From Bacteroidota bacterium (lineage in GTDB: Bacteria > Bacteroidota > Bacteroidia > Bacteroidales > UBA12077): a stretch of 64,000 bases of DNA. The stretch lies in the NCBI GenBank assembly GCA_034661075.1, contig JAYEKP010000083.1, forward strand, positions 220-64,219. Reading direction: 5' to 3'. The stretch's first letter is position 1. Every line of letters starts with the position of its first letter. Below are positions 8,828 through 18,675 of the stretch, in pieces. Position numbers and translations under genes: made by a program. Under the pieces are notes generated by a model. That model did no database searches. It saw only the letters and a list, made by a program, of their open reading frames with translations, and was not told the origin of the DNA.

Positions 8828-10822
8828 CTATAACCCAATTGATTTAAGAAATGCATTTTCATTGGGTTCTCTTCCAAGAAAATTTTTCACAATCTCCATC
8901 TCTTCGGTGGTTGAGCCGCGTTCTAAAACCGTTTTTCTGAGTTTTAGGCCAGTGGCTTTATCCATTATTCCGTTAGCAAGAAAAACCGAAAACATGTCTT
9001 CGGCAAAAACCAGAGCCCATAAATAGCTGTAATATCCGGCGGCATAACCGTTCAGATGCCCGAATCCGGCTTCGAAATGGGTGTTCTCCTGGTATTTATA
9101 GAAGGTTATTTGATTTTGCAGCTCTTTTACCAGCTCTGTAGTTGATTTTTCACCGTTAGGATTGTATTTGTCGTGGAAAGTAAAATCAAGGGTGCCGTAA
9201 AAAATTTGTTGCAATACATGGAGTCCCGAACCTGCGTTTTTAGAGGCAAGCATCTTGTCATGCAATGATTTTGGTAAAACCTCTCCGGTTTTGTAATGTT
9301 TGGCAAATTGTTTCAATGCATCATACTCCCAGGCCCAATGCTCAAATATTTGTGAGGGCATTTCTACAAAATCACGGGCTACATTGGTTCCTGCCTGAGC
9401 AGATAGTTCTGCCCTGGTCAGTAAATCGTGCATTAAGTGCCCAAATTCATGAAATAATGTTTCTACATCGCTATGTAGCATTAATGCAGGTTTATCTTTT
9501 GTTGGCTTAGGGAAATTACATACCAGGCTGGCCGTAGGGATTTGATAACCTTCTTTCATTTTCTTTCCCGGAACAATTCCGAAAAGTGCAGCATGATTAT
9601 ATTTATCAGGCCGTGGAAATAAATCAAGATAGAATCGGGCGATTAATTTTCCCTGCTCCAATACTTCAAAAAATCTCACATCATCGTGCCACACCGAAGG
9701 CTTTTCAACCTCTTTAAACTCTATGTTGTATAGGTGTTGTGCAATGCTGAACAATCCTTTAATTACCTCGTTTAAATCAAAATACTCTTTTAGTTTCTGA
9801 TGGTCGAGTTTATATTTTTCTTTCAGTAAAATATTGTTATAAAAAGCAGCTTCCCATGATTCAATCGTTTGTATGGCCTCATCCTTTTTATGTTTTCTTT
9901 TTATTTCAAGCAATTCCTGGTAATCCTTTTTAGCTTTTTCAGCAACTTTTTCTTTCAATCGGTTTTCAAAATCCCATACATTTTTGGGGTTTTTGGCCAT
10001 CCGGTCTTCGGTTCTGTATTCAGCATAGGTTTTATAACCCAGCAGATGGGCCATTTTTTCCCGTTCAATTAAAATTTGCTTAAGCACATCCAGGTTTTTA
10101 TCTGCCGCAATATTTTTATATTTTCCAGCCAGCTTTTTGCGGGCATCGTCCGATTTTGAATATTTCATAAAGGGAACATACGATGGATAAGCTAAACCTA
10201 TTTTATAGGTTCCGTCATCCTCCTGCCGGTGCTCCTCTTTGTAATCATTGGGTAAACCCTCTATCTCTTTTTCTGTAACGATTAAAAAGTCTTTATGCGA
10301 GCTGATATTGGAATCGAACTGAATGCCTAAGTCAGATAATTTATCTTGTATCTTTTTCAGCTGATTCCTTTTTTCTTTCGGTAGGGCAAAACCGTTTCGT
10401 TCAAACTCTTCGATGGTTTCTTTCAAATATTTTTTTTGCGCTCCCTGTAATTTTTTTGCTTCCTCTGTTTTGGAATAGTCCTTCACCGCTTTATACAAAG
10501 GCTCGCTTAACGCGATTTCGTTAAAAAACTTTTCCAGCACAGCGGTTTGTTTTAAACATTCATCTCTAATATCCTTTTCGGGATGAACAAATGCCAGCAA
10601 CGATTCTAATTCGTATATTTTGGTTAGCTCATTGTATAAATTGTCCAGCGCAAGGAGCGTATTACTGAACGTTTTGGCGTTATCTTTAATGCTATAAATC
10701 GTATGTAACTGTTTATTGGCTTTTTCAGTCCCTTTTTCAACAGCTTCAGCAATGTGATTACTTTGGATGCTTTTAAAATCAATAGTTTTGTTTGGGTTGT
10801 GTAGTATTGGATTTTTTATCAT
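8828..10822 (-). CDS. M3 family metallopeptidase (oligopeptidase / dipeptidyl carboxypeptidase-like)
   Basis: 664 aa. The zinc motif HEFGHLMH is present, with a downstream E in FVEMPSQIFE. Confidence 0.85.
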   Translation of the reverse strand: MIKNPILHNPNKTIDFKSIQSNHIAEAVEKGTEKANKQLHTIYSIKDNAKTFSNTLLALDNLYNELTKIYELESLLAFVHPEKDIRDECLKQTAVLEKFFNEIALSEPLYKAVKDYSKTEEAKKLQGAQKKYLKETIEEFERNGFALPKEKRNQLKKIQDKLSDLGIQFDSNISSHKDFLIVTEKEIEGLPNDYKEEHRQEDDGTYKIGLAYPSYVPFMKYSKSDDARKKLAGKYKNIAADKNLDVLKQILIEREKMAHLLGYKTYAEYRTEDRMAKNPKNVWDFENRLKEKVAEKAKKDYQELLEIKRKHKKDEAIQTIESWEAAFYNNILLKEKYKLDHQKLKEYFDLNEVIKGLFSIAQHLYNIEFKEVEKPSVWHDDVRFFEVLEQGKLIARFYLDLFPRPDKYNHAALFGIVPGKKMKEGYQIPTASLVCNFPKPTKDKPALMLHSDVETLFHEFGHLMHDLLTRAELSAQAGTNVARDFVEMPSQIFEHWAWEYDALKQFAKHYKTGEVLPKSLHDKMLASKNAGSGLHVLQQIFYGTLDFTFHDKYNPNGEKSTTELVKELQNQITFYKYQENTHFEAGFGHLNGYAAGYYSYLWALVFAEDMFSVFLANGIMDKATGLKLRKTVLERGSTTEEMEIVKNFLGREPNENAFLKSIGL

Positions 10823-10947
10823 GATAAAATAATTTAATCGAAAAATGTTGTGGCAAAAATAACAAACCCGATAGTAAAATGTTTAATTTTTGTAACTTTA
10901 TCAAAAGTAAAGCTTTTATGGTACTAATTTTTTAAATTTCTAACTCC

Positions 10948-11745
10948 ATGTTTCTAAAAAAGCCTGTCCAAAAACTAAATCATTCGTTAAAGCTCTCGAA
11001 GATGAAATACCTTTCCGACCAGAAAGGTATTATTAATCGTTATATCAGAGAGAAAGAGGGGTGGGATGAACATAACACCCATTGTATAAATTTTATTTTA
11101 AAATCAGCAGAAAGCAAAGTTAAAGGTAAGGCTGTAATTTTAGGCAGTGGGTGGTTGCTGGATGTTCCTGTAGAGGAGTTGTCCAGGCAATTTGAAGAAG
11201 TTGTTTTAATTGATATCAATCATCCCCCACAGGTAGTAAAAAAAATGGAGCAATATGAAAATGTTCGGCTAAAAAAAGCAGACATTACCGGAGGGTTAAT
11301 TGATTATGTTTTCAATACCATCAAAACCGATAAAAAAGATAAAACGAAAACGCTGCTGACGGCTGGTGAGTTATTTTCTTATTCATTACCTGCTGCAGCC
11401 GATTTTGTGGTTTCACTCAATGTGATGACCCAGTTAAATATTTTGCTTACTGATTATATGAAATCTTCCAAATTATATACCGACGGGGAATTACAACAGT
11501 TTGCCTTGCAGGTACAGGAGTCGCATGTAAATATTTTATCCAAAGAAAAAAGTTGCCTGATAACAGAATATGAAGAAGAACTTTACGATAACGACGGACA
11601 ATTGATTGGCGTAAATCCGTTAATCTTTGTAGATTTGCCCAAAAGCAAACTGGCTGAAACAAAGTGGAAATGGAAGTTTGATTCGGCGATGACTTACAGA
11701 GAAGATGCAAAAACCTGGTTTAATGTTGTTGGCATAGATTTTTAA
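10948..11745 (+). CDS. hypothetical protein, class I SAM-methyltransferase-like Rossmann pattern
   Basis: AVILGSGWLLDVP (Gly-rich loop), VVLIDINHP (acidic end of beta-2) and DFVVSLNVMTQL. The assignment is weak. An alternative start is at MKYLS (10999). Confidence 0.3.
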   Translation: MFLKKPVQKLNHSLKLSKMKYLSDQKGIINRYIREKEGWDEHNTHCINFILKSAESKVKGKAVILGSGWLLDVPVEELSRQFEEVVLIDINHPPQVVKKMEQYENVRLKKADITGGLIDYVFNTIKTDKKDKTKTLLTAGELFSYSLPAAADFVVSLNVMTQLNILLTDYMKSSKLYTDGELQQFALQVQESHVNILSKEKSCLITEYEEELYDNDGQLIGVNPLIFVDLPKSKLAETKWKWKFDSAMTYREDAKTWFNVVGIDF

Positions 11746-11758
11746 ATGTTGGGATAAG

Positions 11759-12592
11759 ATGAAGAATTTTCGCGAAATGGTTGTCACTGACCTTGATGGT
11801 ACATTACTCAATAACCGTGCAGAGGTTAGTTTGCAGGATATGAAAACCCTTTACCGGCTGGGCGAAAAAGGAATAGTACGGGTTATTGCCACCGGAAGGA
11901 ACTTTTTTTCGCTGTCAAAAGTTATTAAAGATAAATTTCCTGTCGATTATATTATCTTTTCCTCGGGTGCAGGTGTTTACGACTGGAAGGAGAAAAAATT
12001 GATGCATTCACAGTATCTTCCTGATTTTGAGGTAAAGCAAATAGCACAAATATTAATCCGGCAGTCGGTTGATTTTATGATACATGAGGTGATTCCTGAA
12101 AATCACAAATTTGTTTACCACTTTTCCGGGAATCATAATCCCGATTTCGAACGCAGGCTACTATTGTATCAAGACTTTGCATTAGCTCTCAACCCCAAAA
12201 CCGAAACCTATAAAAATGCCTGTCAGATAATTGCTGTATTTCCAAACGATGTGTCTCTTTTTGAGCAGATAAAGCAAAAATTCGATGATATAAAAATTAT
12301 TCGTACCACATCACCACTCGATGGAGATTCTATCTGGATGGAAATTTTTCCTAATACTGTTTCAAAAGGGCATGGTGTGGAATGGTTGTGTAAGCACTTA
12401 AAAGTTAATCCACAAAATACAATTAGTGTGGGCAATGATTTTAATGATATTGATATGTTGGAATATACGCGTGAGAAATATATCGTATCCAATGCTCCGG
12501 ATGAGTTAAAAGCTATTTTCCCGGTATGTAAGAGCAACTGCGAAAACGGCTTTACTGATGCTGTAAGCCGTCATTTTGCTTTCCCTTTTTAA
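11759..12592 (+). CDS. Cof-type HAD-IIB family hydrolase
   Basis: DLDGTLL motif I, ATGR motif II and GNDFNDIDML motif IV. Confidence 0.8.
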   Translation: MKNFREMVVTDLDGTLLNNRAEVSLQDMKTLYRLGEKGIVRVIATGRNFFSLSKVIKDKFPVDYIIFSSGAGVYDWKEKKLMHSQYLPDFEVKQIAQILIRQSVDFMIHEVIPENHKFVYHFSGNHNPDFERRLLLYQDFALALNPKTETYKNACQIIAVFPNDVSLFEQIKQKFDDIKIIRTTSPLDGDSIWMEIFPNTVSKGHGVEWLCKHLKVNPQNTISVGNDFNDIDMLEYTREKYIVSNAPDELKAIFPVCKSNCENGFTDAVSRHFAFPF

Positions 12593-12635
12593 ATCACAAT
12601 ATTTATTAAATTGATGTAGAATTTAATATAATCTG

Positions 12636-12658
12636 CCGAGCCGTTTCAAGCGGCTTGG
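12636..12658. terminator. hairpin between convergent genes
   Basis: CCGAGCCG / CGGCTTGG (one G-U pair) with a 7-nt loop. There is no clear U tract. Confidence 0.4.
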
Positions 12659-12675
12659 TGGATGAGATCAAAATA

Positions 12676-13149
12676 TCATGAATAAAAAGCCTTTATCCCG
12701 GGGTAGTACAATTTTTCACGGGCTACATTTTGCGAAAAGATATAATATTTTACTTCAGCAATGGTACATACTTCATTCTTATCGTTAAGCAATTCGGCAT
12801 AAATTGTGGCAATTTTTTTTGAATGTTCCTGTAATTTAGCGCGAATCGTTATTGGTTTTTCGCTCGTATGGACTGCTTTTTTAAATTTTACATCGATATT
12901 AGCCGTTAAGCCCGCAGTTTTCAGTTTCACATTAATCACCCAGGCAGAAATTTCATCCAGCATAGTGGTTTGTATCCCACCGTGTAAGATGTTACCATAC
13001 CCGTGAAACTGAGGTTTTGGTTTCCACGGGGAAATAATCCATTCACCATCTTCAAAAAAATCCATTTGCAGGCCTTGTTCATTTTTAGGCGAACAGCCAA
13101 AGCAGTTGTATCCGGGAATATTGCTATAGGGGTTTGCAATTTTTTTCAT
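12676..13149 (-). CDS. PaaI-family hotdog-fold thioesterase
   Basis: 157 aa. CFGCSPKNEQGLQMDF followed by HGGIQTTMLDE is typical of PaaI/YbgC-like hotdog proteins. Confidence 0.6.
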   Translation of the reverse strand: MKKIANPYSNIPGYNCFGCSPKNEQGLQMDFFEDGEWIISPWKPKPQFHGYGNILHGGIQTTMLDEISAWVINVKLKTAGLTANIDVKFKKAVHTSEKPITIRAKLQEHSKKIATIYAELLNDKNEVCTIAEVKYYIFSQNVAREKLYYPGIKAFYS

Positions 13150-13164
13150 AAAATAAATGTAATT

Positions 13165-13641
13165 CTAATAATATTCAAAAGAACGGCCGGTGATAGATTC
13201 TACCGGTACTTTAATAACCAAAATATTGTTAACAGCTGGTTTGGAATATTCAAACTCTCGGTCGGAAAAGTTTTTCATCAGGATGTTTAATCCTTTCATC
13301 TTTTCTTCGTAGTCTTCAACAAAAAGTGCGTGTCCGTGCACAAGTACTCCGCGATAAGCATATCGCCATGAGCAGGCAACATGTTCGTGACGGGCAAAAA
13401 TTTTATGGTCGGTATCAAACTCAAGACAAACTTTGTTATTTCGTTTTAGAATATCAATTTTTTTTCCTTCTTTGGCACAATGTAGCCAGATGGTTTGGTC
13501 TTCGTAACCAAAGTTCATCGCTAAAACATACGGGCTATCTCCATCAACCATACCCACCCGACAAACTTTACACTTTCTTATGACGGCCTCAAGATCGTCC
13601 ATTCCTACAATGTCCTGAATTGCTTTATCTCTTTTTACCAT
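13165..13641 (-). CDS. pyridoxamine 5'-phosphate oxidase family (flavin-binding split-barrel) protein
   Basis: 158 aa. CRVGMVDGDSPYVLAMNFGYEDQTIWLHCAKEGKK is the pattern of COG3467/Nim-like proteins. Confidence 0.6.
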   Translation of the reverse strand: MVKRDKAIQDIVGMDDLEAVIRKCKVCRVGMVDGDSPYVLAMNFGYEDQTIWLHCAKEGKKIDILKRNNKVCLEFDTDHKIFARHEHVACSWRYAYRGVLVHGHALFVEDYEEKMKGLNILMKNFSDREFEYSKPAVNNILVIKVPVESITGRSFEYY

Positions 13642-14064
13642 AATTGCTGTATTTTAAATTACTTCGAGAAATAAAGATAAAAGAAAATTCGTTTTTAATC
13701 ACCATCAATGTTTTAAAATTATAAGTAAAAGCAGGGATTTTTTTAATGCGCCAGGATTATTGTACATTCAATAAATTGTTTAAAACCATATCGATACCGA
13801 TAAATTAAAGGATAAGGATAATCAGGGCTGGATGCATTTAACCTGTTAGTTTATATTTCAGTGGTGAAAGAATACCGGAAAGTAGTGGAGAAAATTGGAG
13901 ATGCATACCGGACTGGTAAAGAACTGCTTTAACGATGCGGGCGAATATATTGCCTGTAAAATAAACAATTGCAAGGTTTCTTGTGTTATACTAAATCGAT
14001 ATCTTTTAGGTTGATTATAAATGATTTATTCAATACCTTTATCCTTCATTAAAAATTTAAAATC

Positions 14065-14799
14065 ATGAAAAATATAATATTATCACTACTGGCGTTTAGT
14101 TTTACCATGATGATGGGAAATGCACAAGATTTACAGACAGATGTCTTTCAAACCGATAAAGCCGAATTAAAAATCCAGTTTGTTCAGCATGGTTCTATTT
14201 TCTTTGAATATAATGGGAACGTGATTCATGTTGATCCGGTTTTAAGGATGGGCGATTATGAAAATTATCCTAAAGCAGATTTAATATTAATAACCCACCA
14301 TCATGGAGATCATCTGGATCAGAATGCGATTGAATTGCTGAAAAAAGAGAATTCAAAAATTGTGCTTACCCAGAAATGTAAGGAGATGAGCGAGTATCTT
14401 ACCGATGTTATTGTAATGAAAAATGGAGATGTTTTAAATATTAACGAGCTGGAAATTGATGCTGTCCCTGCATACAATATAAAGCATAAGCGGGAAAACG
14501 GAGACCCATACCATATTAAGGGAGAAGGAAACGGCTATGTTATTCAGTTTAGCAACAAGAAAGTATATGTAGCCGGTGATACAGAAAATATCCCTGAGAT
14601 GAAAACACTGCAAAATATTGATATTGCATTTTTACCTATGAATCTTCCTTATACCATGACACCAGAAATGGTAGCTGATGCTGCCAGAATGTTTAAACCA
14701 CAAATTCTTTATCCCTACCATTACGGTGATACTGATACTTCAAAATTGGTTGAATTGTTGAAAGATGAAGATATCGAGGTGAGAATTAAAAAAATGTAA
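14065..14799 (+). CDS. secreted MBL-fold metallo-hydrolase
   Basis: N-terminal signal peptide, the HHHGDH metal motif, and a later D/H motif (AGDTE...YPYHYGD). Confidence 0.8.
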   Translation: MKNIILSLLAFSFTMMMGNAQDLQTDVFQTDKAELKIQFVQHGSIFFEYNGNVIHVDPVLRMGDYENYPKADLILITHHHGDHLDQNAIELLKKENSKIVLTQKCKEMSEYLTDVIVMKNGDVLNINELEIDAVPAYNIKHKRENGDPYHIKGEGNGYVIQFSNKKVYVAGDTENIPEMKTLQNIDIAFLPMNLPYTMTPEMVADAARMFKPQILYPYHYGDTDTSKLVELLKDEDIEVRIKKM

Positions 14800-14850
14800 A
14801 ATTTTGTTTCCCACAATGAATATTTGATTATAACATTTTTGTTATTAGAA

Positions 14851-15951
14851 TTAAAATTTTTGGAATTGTACTTCATACAAATGAGGCCATCGTTTGCCGG
14901 TAATAAAAATGCGATTCTTTTTTTTGTCGTAAGCGATTCCATTGAGAACATTGTCATGTTCATTTCGAAATCCTTCAGGAATTACTTTTCGGCAATCGAT
15001 TCGTTGTTTTACTTTTCCTGTTTTCGGGTCGAAAGCAATAATCTCTTCTTGTAAAAATATATTGGCATACACCAAACCATTAATATATTCAAGTTCATTT
15101 AGGTTTCGAACAGGGCCTTCATGGTCGTACACTTCAACTCTACCAATTTCGGTAAAATACTCTGGTTCTAAAAAATAAATGGTTTGTGAGCCGTCGCTCA
15201 TAATTAGTTTTTTCCCATCGGTGGTAATGCCCCATCCCTGGGTTGGATATTGTAGTGTATTGATTAACGTAAAGTTTTCTTTATCGTAAACAAATCCGGT
15301 TTGTGAGGTCCAGGTTAGCTGGATGATTTTATCTCCAAAAGCACTTATACCCTCGCCAAAGTATTTGGCAGGGAGACTTAAACTTTGTATCAATTCTCCT
15401 GTTTCGAGGATTACTTTTCTTAATGATGATTCACCCTTTTGCCCGGTTCCTTCATATAAAATTCCATGGTCATAAAAAAGTCCCTGGGTATAGGCTTTGG
15501 TGTCGTGTGGGTATGTATTTACAATGCGGCATTCGTACAGTTCGGGTTTTATATCTGATTTAAAGCGTAGTTTAAGTGTATAAGAATCAATTTTTTTGGC
15601 TTGGGCATATGCCGTTATTTGCAGTGTATTATTACCGGTTTTCAGGCCATGGGTATCCCATGAAAAATCTAAATTTTCAGTCCATAAAGTGGCCTGGGTA
15701 TTTTCTGATTGGATGATAATGGAATCGACGTTTTGTTCGATATCTTTTAAAGCGATATCAATTTTTACCATGTCGCCCAGAGTAAATAATTCGCCAGCTC
15801 TGGGTGATTTTACTTCAATTACAGATACTCTTTTCGTAAACTCGTCGGTTTTAATTTCTTTTTTTTCCTGTTGTTGTTTTTTGTTTTGGCAGGCGTTTGT
15901 AGCTAAGAGAAAGCTTATTATTATGATGATGAGTGTTAGTACTTTGTGCAT
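14851..15951 (-). CDS. glutaminyl-peptide cyclotransferase (beta-propeller type) lipoprotein with an N-terminal Ig-like domain
   Basis: Lipobox LLATNAC. The C-terminal roughly 240 aa (YPHDTKAYTQGLFYDHGILYEGTGQKGESSLRKV...) match plant/bacterial glutamine cyclotransferase. Confidence 0.8.
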   Translation of the reverse strand: MHKVLTLIIIIISFLLATNACQNKKQQQEKKEIKTDEFTKRVSVIEVKSPRAGELFTLGDMVKIDIALKDIEQNVDSIIIQSENTQATLWTENLDFSWDTHGLKTGNNTLQITAYAQAKKIDSYTLKLRFKSDIKPELYECRIVNTYPHDTKAYTQGLFYDHGILYEGTGQKGESSLRKVILETGELIQSLSLPAKYFGEGISAFGDKIIQLTWTSQTGFVYDKENFTLINTLQYPTQGWGITTDGKKLIMSDGSQTIYFLEPEYFTEIGRVEVYDHEGPVRNLNELEYINGLVYANIFLQEEIIAFDPKTGKVKQRIDCRKVIPEGFRNEHDNVLNGIAYDKKKNRIFITGKRWPHLYEVQFQKF

Positions 15952-15963
15952 TTTATATATTGT

Positions 15964-16392
15964 TTAACTGGTAAGCGTTCGTTTTAATTTTTGCCAAAAT
16001 GAACGTTTGGATGCAGGAATTTTTTCCATCTGTTTATTAATATCATCATCAAACAGTTCGGGATTTAGCATTTGCCAAACGGCGCTCCATCCGGGGAAAC
16101 CGCCAAGATTCCTGTCATCAATATAAATATCGGCATTAATTTTACGGCTGATAGAATCGTCAAAAATTTCTTCGGGATAATTTTTATTAACGGCATAGAA
16201 TTCAATGCCATTTTTTTTGCAAAACTCAACCGCTTCTTCAAGTTCTTTTCCTGCTCTGAATGTCCACAAAATCAGAGAAACTCCTTTGTCCTGCAGCGCT
16301 TTGAGCGTCTCGAAAGCAAAAAGTTTGGGTTTCCCTATTTCCGGGTATTCGTGGTCGACAATGGTGCCGTCAAAATCTACTGCAATTTTCAT
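15964..16392 (-). CDS. small HAD-superfamily-like protein, hypothetical
   Basis: The N-terminal DFDGT nucleophile motif (MKIAVDFDGTIVD) is present, with a DD near the C-terminus (IYIDDR). Confidence 0.45.
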   Translation of the reverse strand: MKIAVDFDGTIVDHEYPEIGKPKLFAFETLKALQDKGVSLILWTFRAGKELEEAVEFCKKNGIEFYAVNKNYPEEIFDDSISRKINADIYIDDRNLGGFPGWSAVWQMLNPELFDDDINKQMEKIPASKRSFWQKLKRTLTS

Positions 16393-16447
16393 AAAAATGT
16401 TTTTAGGCTATCGACAAAAATAGTGATTATTTTCGGGCAAAAGAATT

Positions 16448-17524
16448 TTACCTGTTTTTTCTGTTAAAAGTGTATCGCAGGCTAAAAATATTAGAATATA
16501 GAGCAATCGATTGGTCGCCAATGTCTGTTAAGGCATAATCAATGCTAAACCCGTAAATATTTATGCCTATTCCGAAGTTAGGCTGTAAGGTTAATGATTT
16601 TGAACGGTCGAAATTTTCTATTCGCTGAAAGTTTCCCACCCCAAAGCGTACGAATACCAGTTTACGATAATCAATTTCAATTCCCATGTGAGGATCAATG
16701 CTCACCGGATCGCCTTCGATAAGTACACGACGTTGCCCGTCGAAAGTAAAATCTGCATCCACCTCAACCATGGCGCTAAAATCATTGTAAATGTTAAAAT
16801 CTCGCGAAACGCCCAGTAGTAATTTAGGTAAGGTAATTTCCAGTGCATTTTCGGGTGCAAAGTTAAAGATACTGTCCTGTACTTCCACTAACAGCTCATC
16901 TTCGTTAAAACTCCAGGCATTAAATGTAGAGGTTATATCGCGGGCTAAAAGGCCAAATCGCCAGTTGTTTTTTTGATACTGTAACCCGGCATCCAGTCCA
17001 AATCCCCAGGCATTTGCAAACTGGCCAATGTTACGATAAATAACCTTAACACTGGCTCCGTATGAGAGATTGGGAATTGGTGATTTGCGGGCATATGAAA
17101 TCATAAATGCATAATCGGCAGCCGAAAACTTTGAGATGCGCCCGTAATCAATATTTCCATCTTTATCAATTAAATCGGTGGTGTTGGGAATATCATCCAC
17201 ACCAAAACGAATAAATGTTGCTCCCAGCCAGCTGTTGGTGTCTAAATCCATTGCTGCTCCGGCGTAATCATATTTAGCTATTCCGGCAAAATATTCGGCA
17301 TGCATCAGGCTGGCATCCATACTGTTTTCAATGGAGGTAAGGCCGGCCGGGTTCCAATATCCCGAGGTAACATCATTTACATTAGCTACCGTTGAGTTGG
17401 CCAGGCCTAATGAACGGGCACCTACTCCAATGGATAAAAATTCGTTGGAATATTTAGCTGTTTGGCTTAATAGTGGCATGGTAAACAACAGCAATAAAAA
17501 AAAAGTCAGATATCTTTTTGCCAT
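16448..17524 (-). CDS. beta-barrel outer-membrane protein, PorV/PorQ-family-like
   Basis: Signal peptide starting at MAKRYL (start 17524). The N-terminal block GVGARSLGLANSTVANVNDVTSGYWNPAGL, alternating beta-strand pattern and C-terminal aromatic residue support the call. Family assignment is from memory of the PorV/PorQ signature. Confidence 0.5.
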   Translation of the reverse strand: MAKRYLTFFLLLLFTMPLLSQTAKYSNEFLSIGVGARSLGLANSTVANVNDVTSGYWNPAGLTSIENSMDASLMHAEYFAGIAKYDYAGAAMDLDTNSWLGATFIRFGVDDIPNTTDLIDKDGNIDYGRISKFSAADYAFMISYARKSPIPNLSYGASVKVIYRNIGQFANAWGFGLDAGLQYQKNNWRFGLLARDITSTFNAWSFNEDELLVEVQDSIFNFAPENALEITLPKLLLGVSRDFNIYNDFSAMVEVDADFTFDGQRRVLIEGDPVSIDPHMGIEIDYRKLVFVRFGVGNFQRIENFDRSKSLTLQPNFGIGINIYGFSIDYALTDIGDQSIALYSNIFSLRYTFNRKNR

Positions 17525-17656
17525 CGATGTAAAAATAATTACTCTTCTTGTAAAATAAGTAAAAATCAAAATCTTATTTTAATCCTTTAGGGCAGAACTA
17601 TAATTTTTAACTTATTTTTGTATAAAAAATTGTACGAATATAATTAAATATTATCT

Positions 17657-18406
17657 ATGCGTTTTTCTATCAAAAGATATATTCCGAATTTTATTACCTC
17701 ATTAAATTTACTTTCAGGATGTTTATCTATTGTGTTAGCCTTTGAAGGATATTTGTTGCTGGCTGTATACATGATATTTTTATCAGCGCTATTTGATTTT
17801 TTTGACGGGATGACCGCCCGGTTATTAAAAGTCTATTCTGAAATTGGGAAACAACTCGATTCATTAGCCGATGTGGTTAGCTTTGGAGTAGCTCCTTCGG
17901 TTATTGTATTTTCTATGATGAAAAATATTATTTATGATTCACTTTATCTTCCTCCATTAGAAACTTTATCTTTTACAGCGATTTTATTTCTGATATCTCC
18001 TTTCCTTATTGCTGTATTTTCAGGTATCAGGCTGGCTAAGTTTAATGTTGATACCAGACAAAATGATTCATTTATTGGCCTTCCTTCTCCCGCCAATGCT
18101 CTGTTTTTTGTTTCGTTATATATTATTACTTTGGTAAGTGATAACCAACTGATCAATCATTTAATCCAAAACAAAATATTTCTTTTAGTCTTAATCCTTA
18201 TTTTTTCTTTACTTTTAATTGCAGAATTTCCTATGTTTTCGTTAAAGTTTAAGAATCTGGGATTACGAGGGAATAAAATTCGTTTTATTTTTATTGGATT
18301 ATCTGCTATTTTATTAATATTATTGCAGTCAATAGCAGTGCCCGTTATTATTATATTATATATTTTATTATCAGCAATAAATAATTGGATTTATAACTTA
18401 GATTAA
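17657..18406 (+). CDS. pssA: CDP-diacylglycerol--serine O-phosphatidyltransferase
   Basis: CDP-alcohol phosphatidyltransferase motif DFFDGMTAR...GKQLDSLADVVSFGVAP. The protein is polytopic. Confidence 0.85.
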   Translation: MRFSIKRYIPNFITSLNLLSGCLSIVLAFEGYLLLAVYMIFLSALFDFFDGMTARLLKVYSEIGKQLDSLADVVSFGVAPSVIVFSMMKNIIYDSLYLPPLETLSFTAILFLISPFLIAVFSGIRLAKFNVDTRQNDSFIGLPSPANALFFVSLYIITLVSDNQLINHLIQNKIFLLVLILIFSLLLIAEFPMFSLKFKNLGLRGNKIRFIFIGLSAILLILLQSIAVPVIIILYILLSAINNWIYNLD

Positions 18407-18417
18407 TACTTACCATA

Positions 18418-18672
18418 ATGAAATTTTTAGCAGAAATAAACGTAATGCCATTAAAAGCATTATTAGACCCTCAAGGAAAGGCTGTAACCCATAGTATGAA
18501 AAATATAGGTTTTAATGAAGTGTCGAATGTAAGAATTGGCAAACATATCACCCTTGAAATTGAAGCCAAAAGTAAAGAAGTTGCTATGGAAAGAGTAAAT
18601 GAAGCTTGTAACAAGATTCTTTCCAATCCGGTTATGGAAGGGTATGATTATACGCTTAAAGAAATAAAATAA
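18418..18672 (+). CDS. purS: phosphoribosylformylglycinamidine synthase subunit PurS
   Basis: 84 aa. ...VMPLKALLDPQGKAVTHSMKNIGF...VRIGKHITLEI is the canonical PurS pattern. Confidence 0.85.
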   Translation: MKFLAEINVMPLKALLDPQGKAVTHSMKNIGFNEVSNVRIGKHITLEIEAKSKEVAMERVNEACNKILSNPVMEGYDYTLKEIK

Positions 18673-18675
18673 CGA

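Noticed and set aside
13820-13930. Cobalamin-riboswitch-like fragments (AATCAGGG, GGTGAAAG).
   Set aside because: The B12 box and the GCCACTG element are absent, and the downstream gene (MBL hydrolase) is not a typical B12-regulated gene. The similarity is limited to short strings.
13903-14016. 37-codon Cys-containing sORF (MHTGLVKNCFNDAGEYIACKINNCKVSCVILNRYLLG) preceded by GGAG.
   Set aside because: No hydrophobic or known peptide pattern and no support from context. It is indistinguishable from a random ORF without conservation data.
13807-14046. Possible MITE: AAGGATAAGG at 13808 versus the reverse complement of CCTTTATCCTT at 14036, flanking the less AT-rich core of the long intergenic region.
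   Set aside because: Only about 8-10 bp match, with a gap, and there is no convincing target-site duplication. This is easily a chance match in AT-rich DNA.
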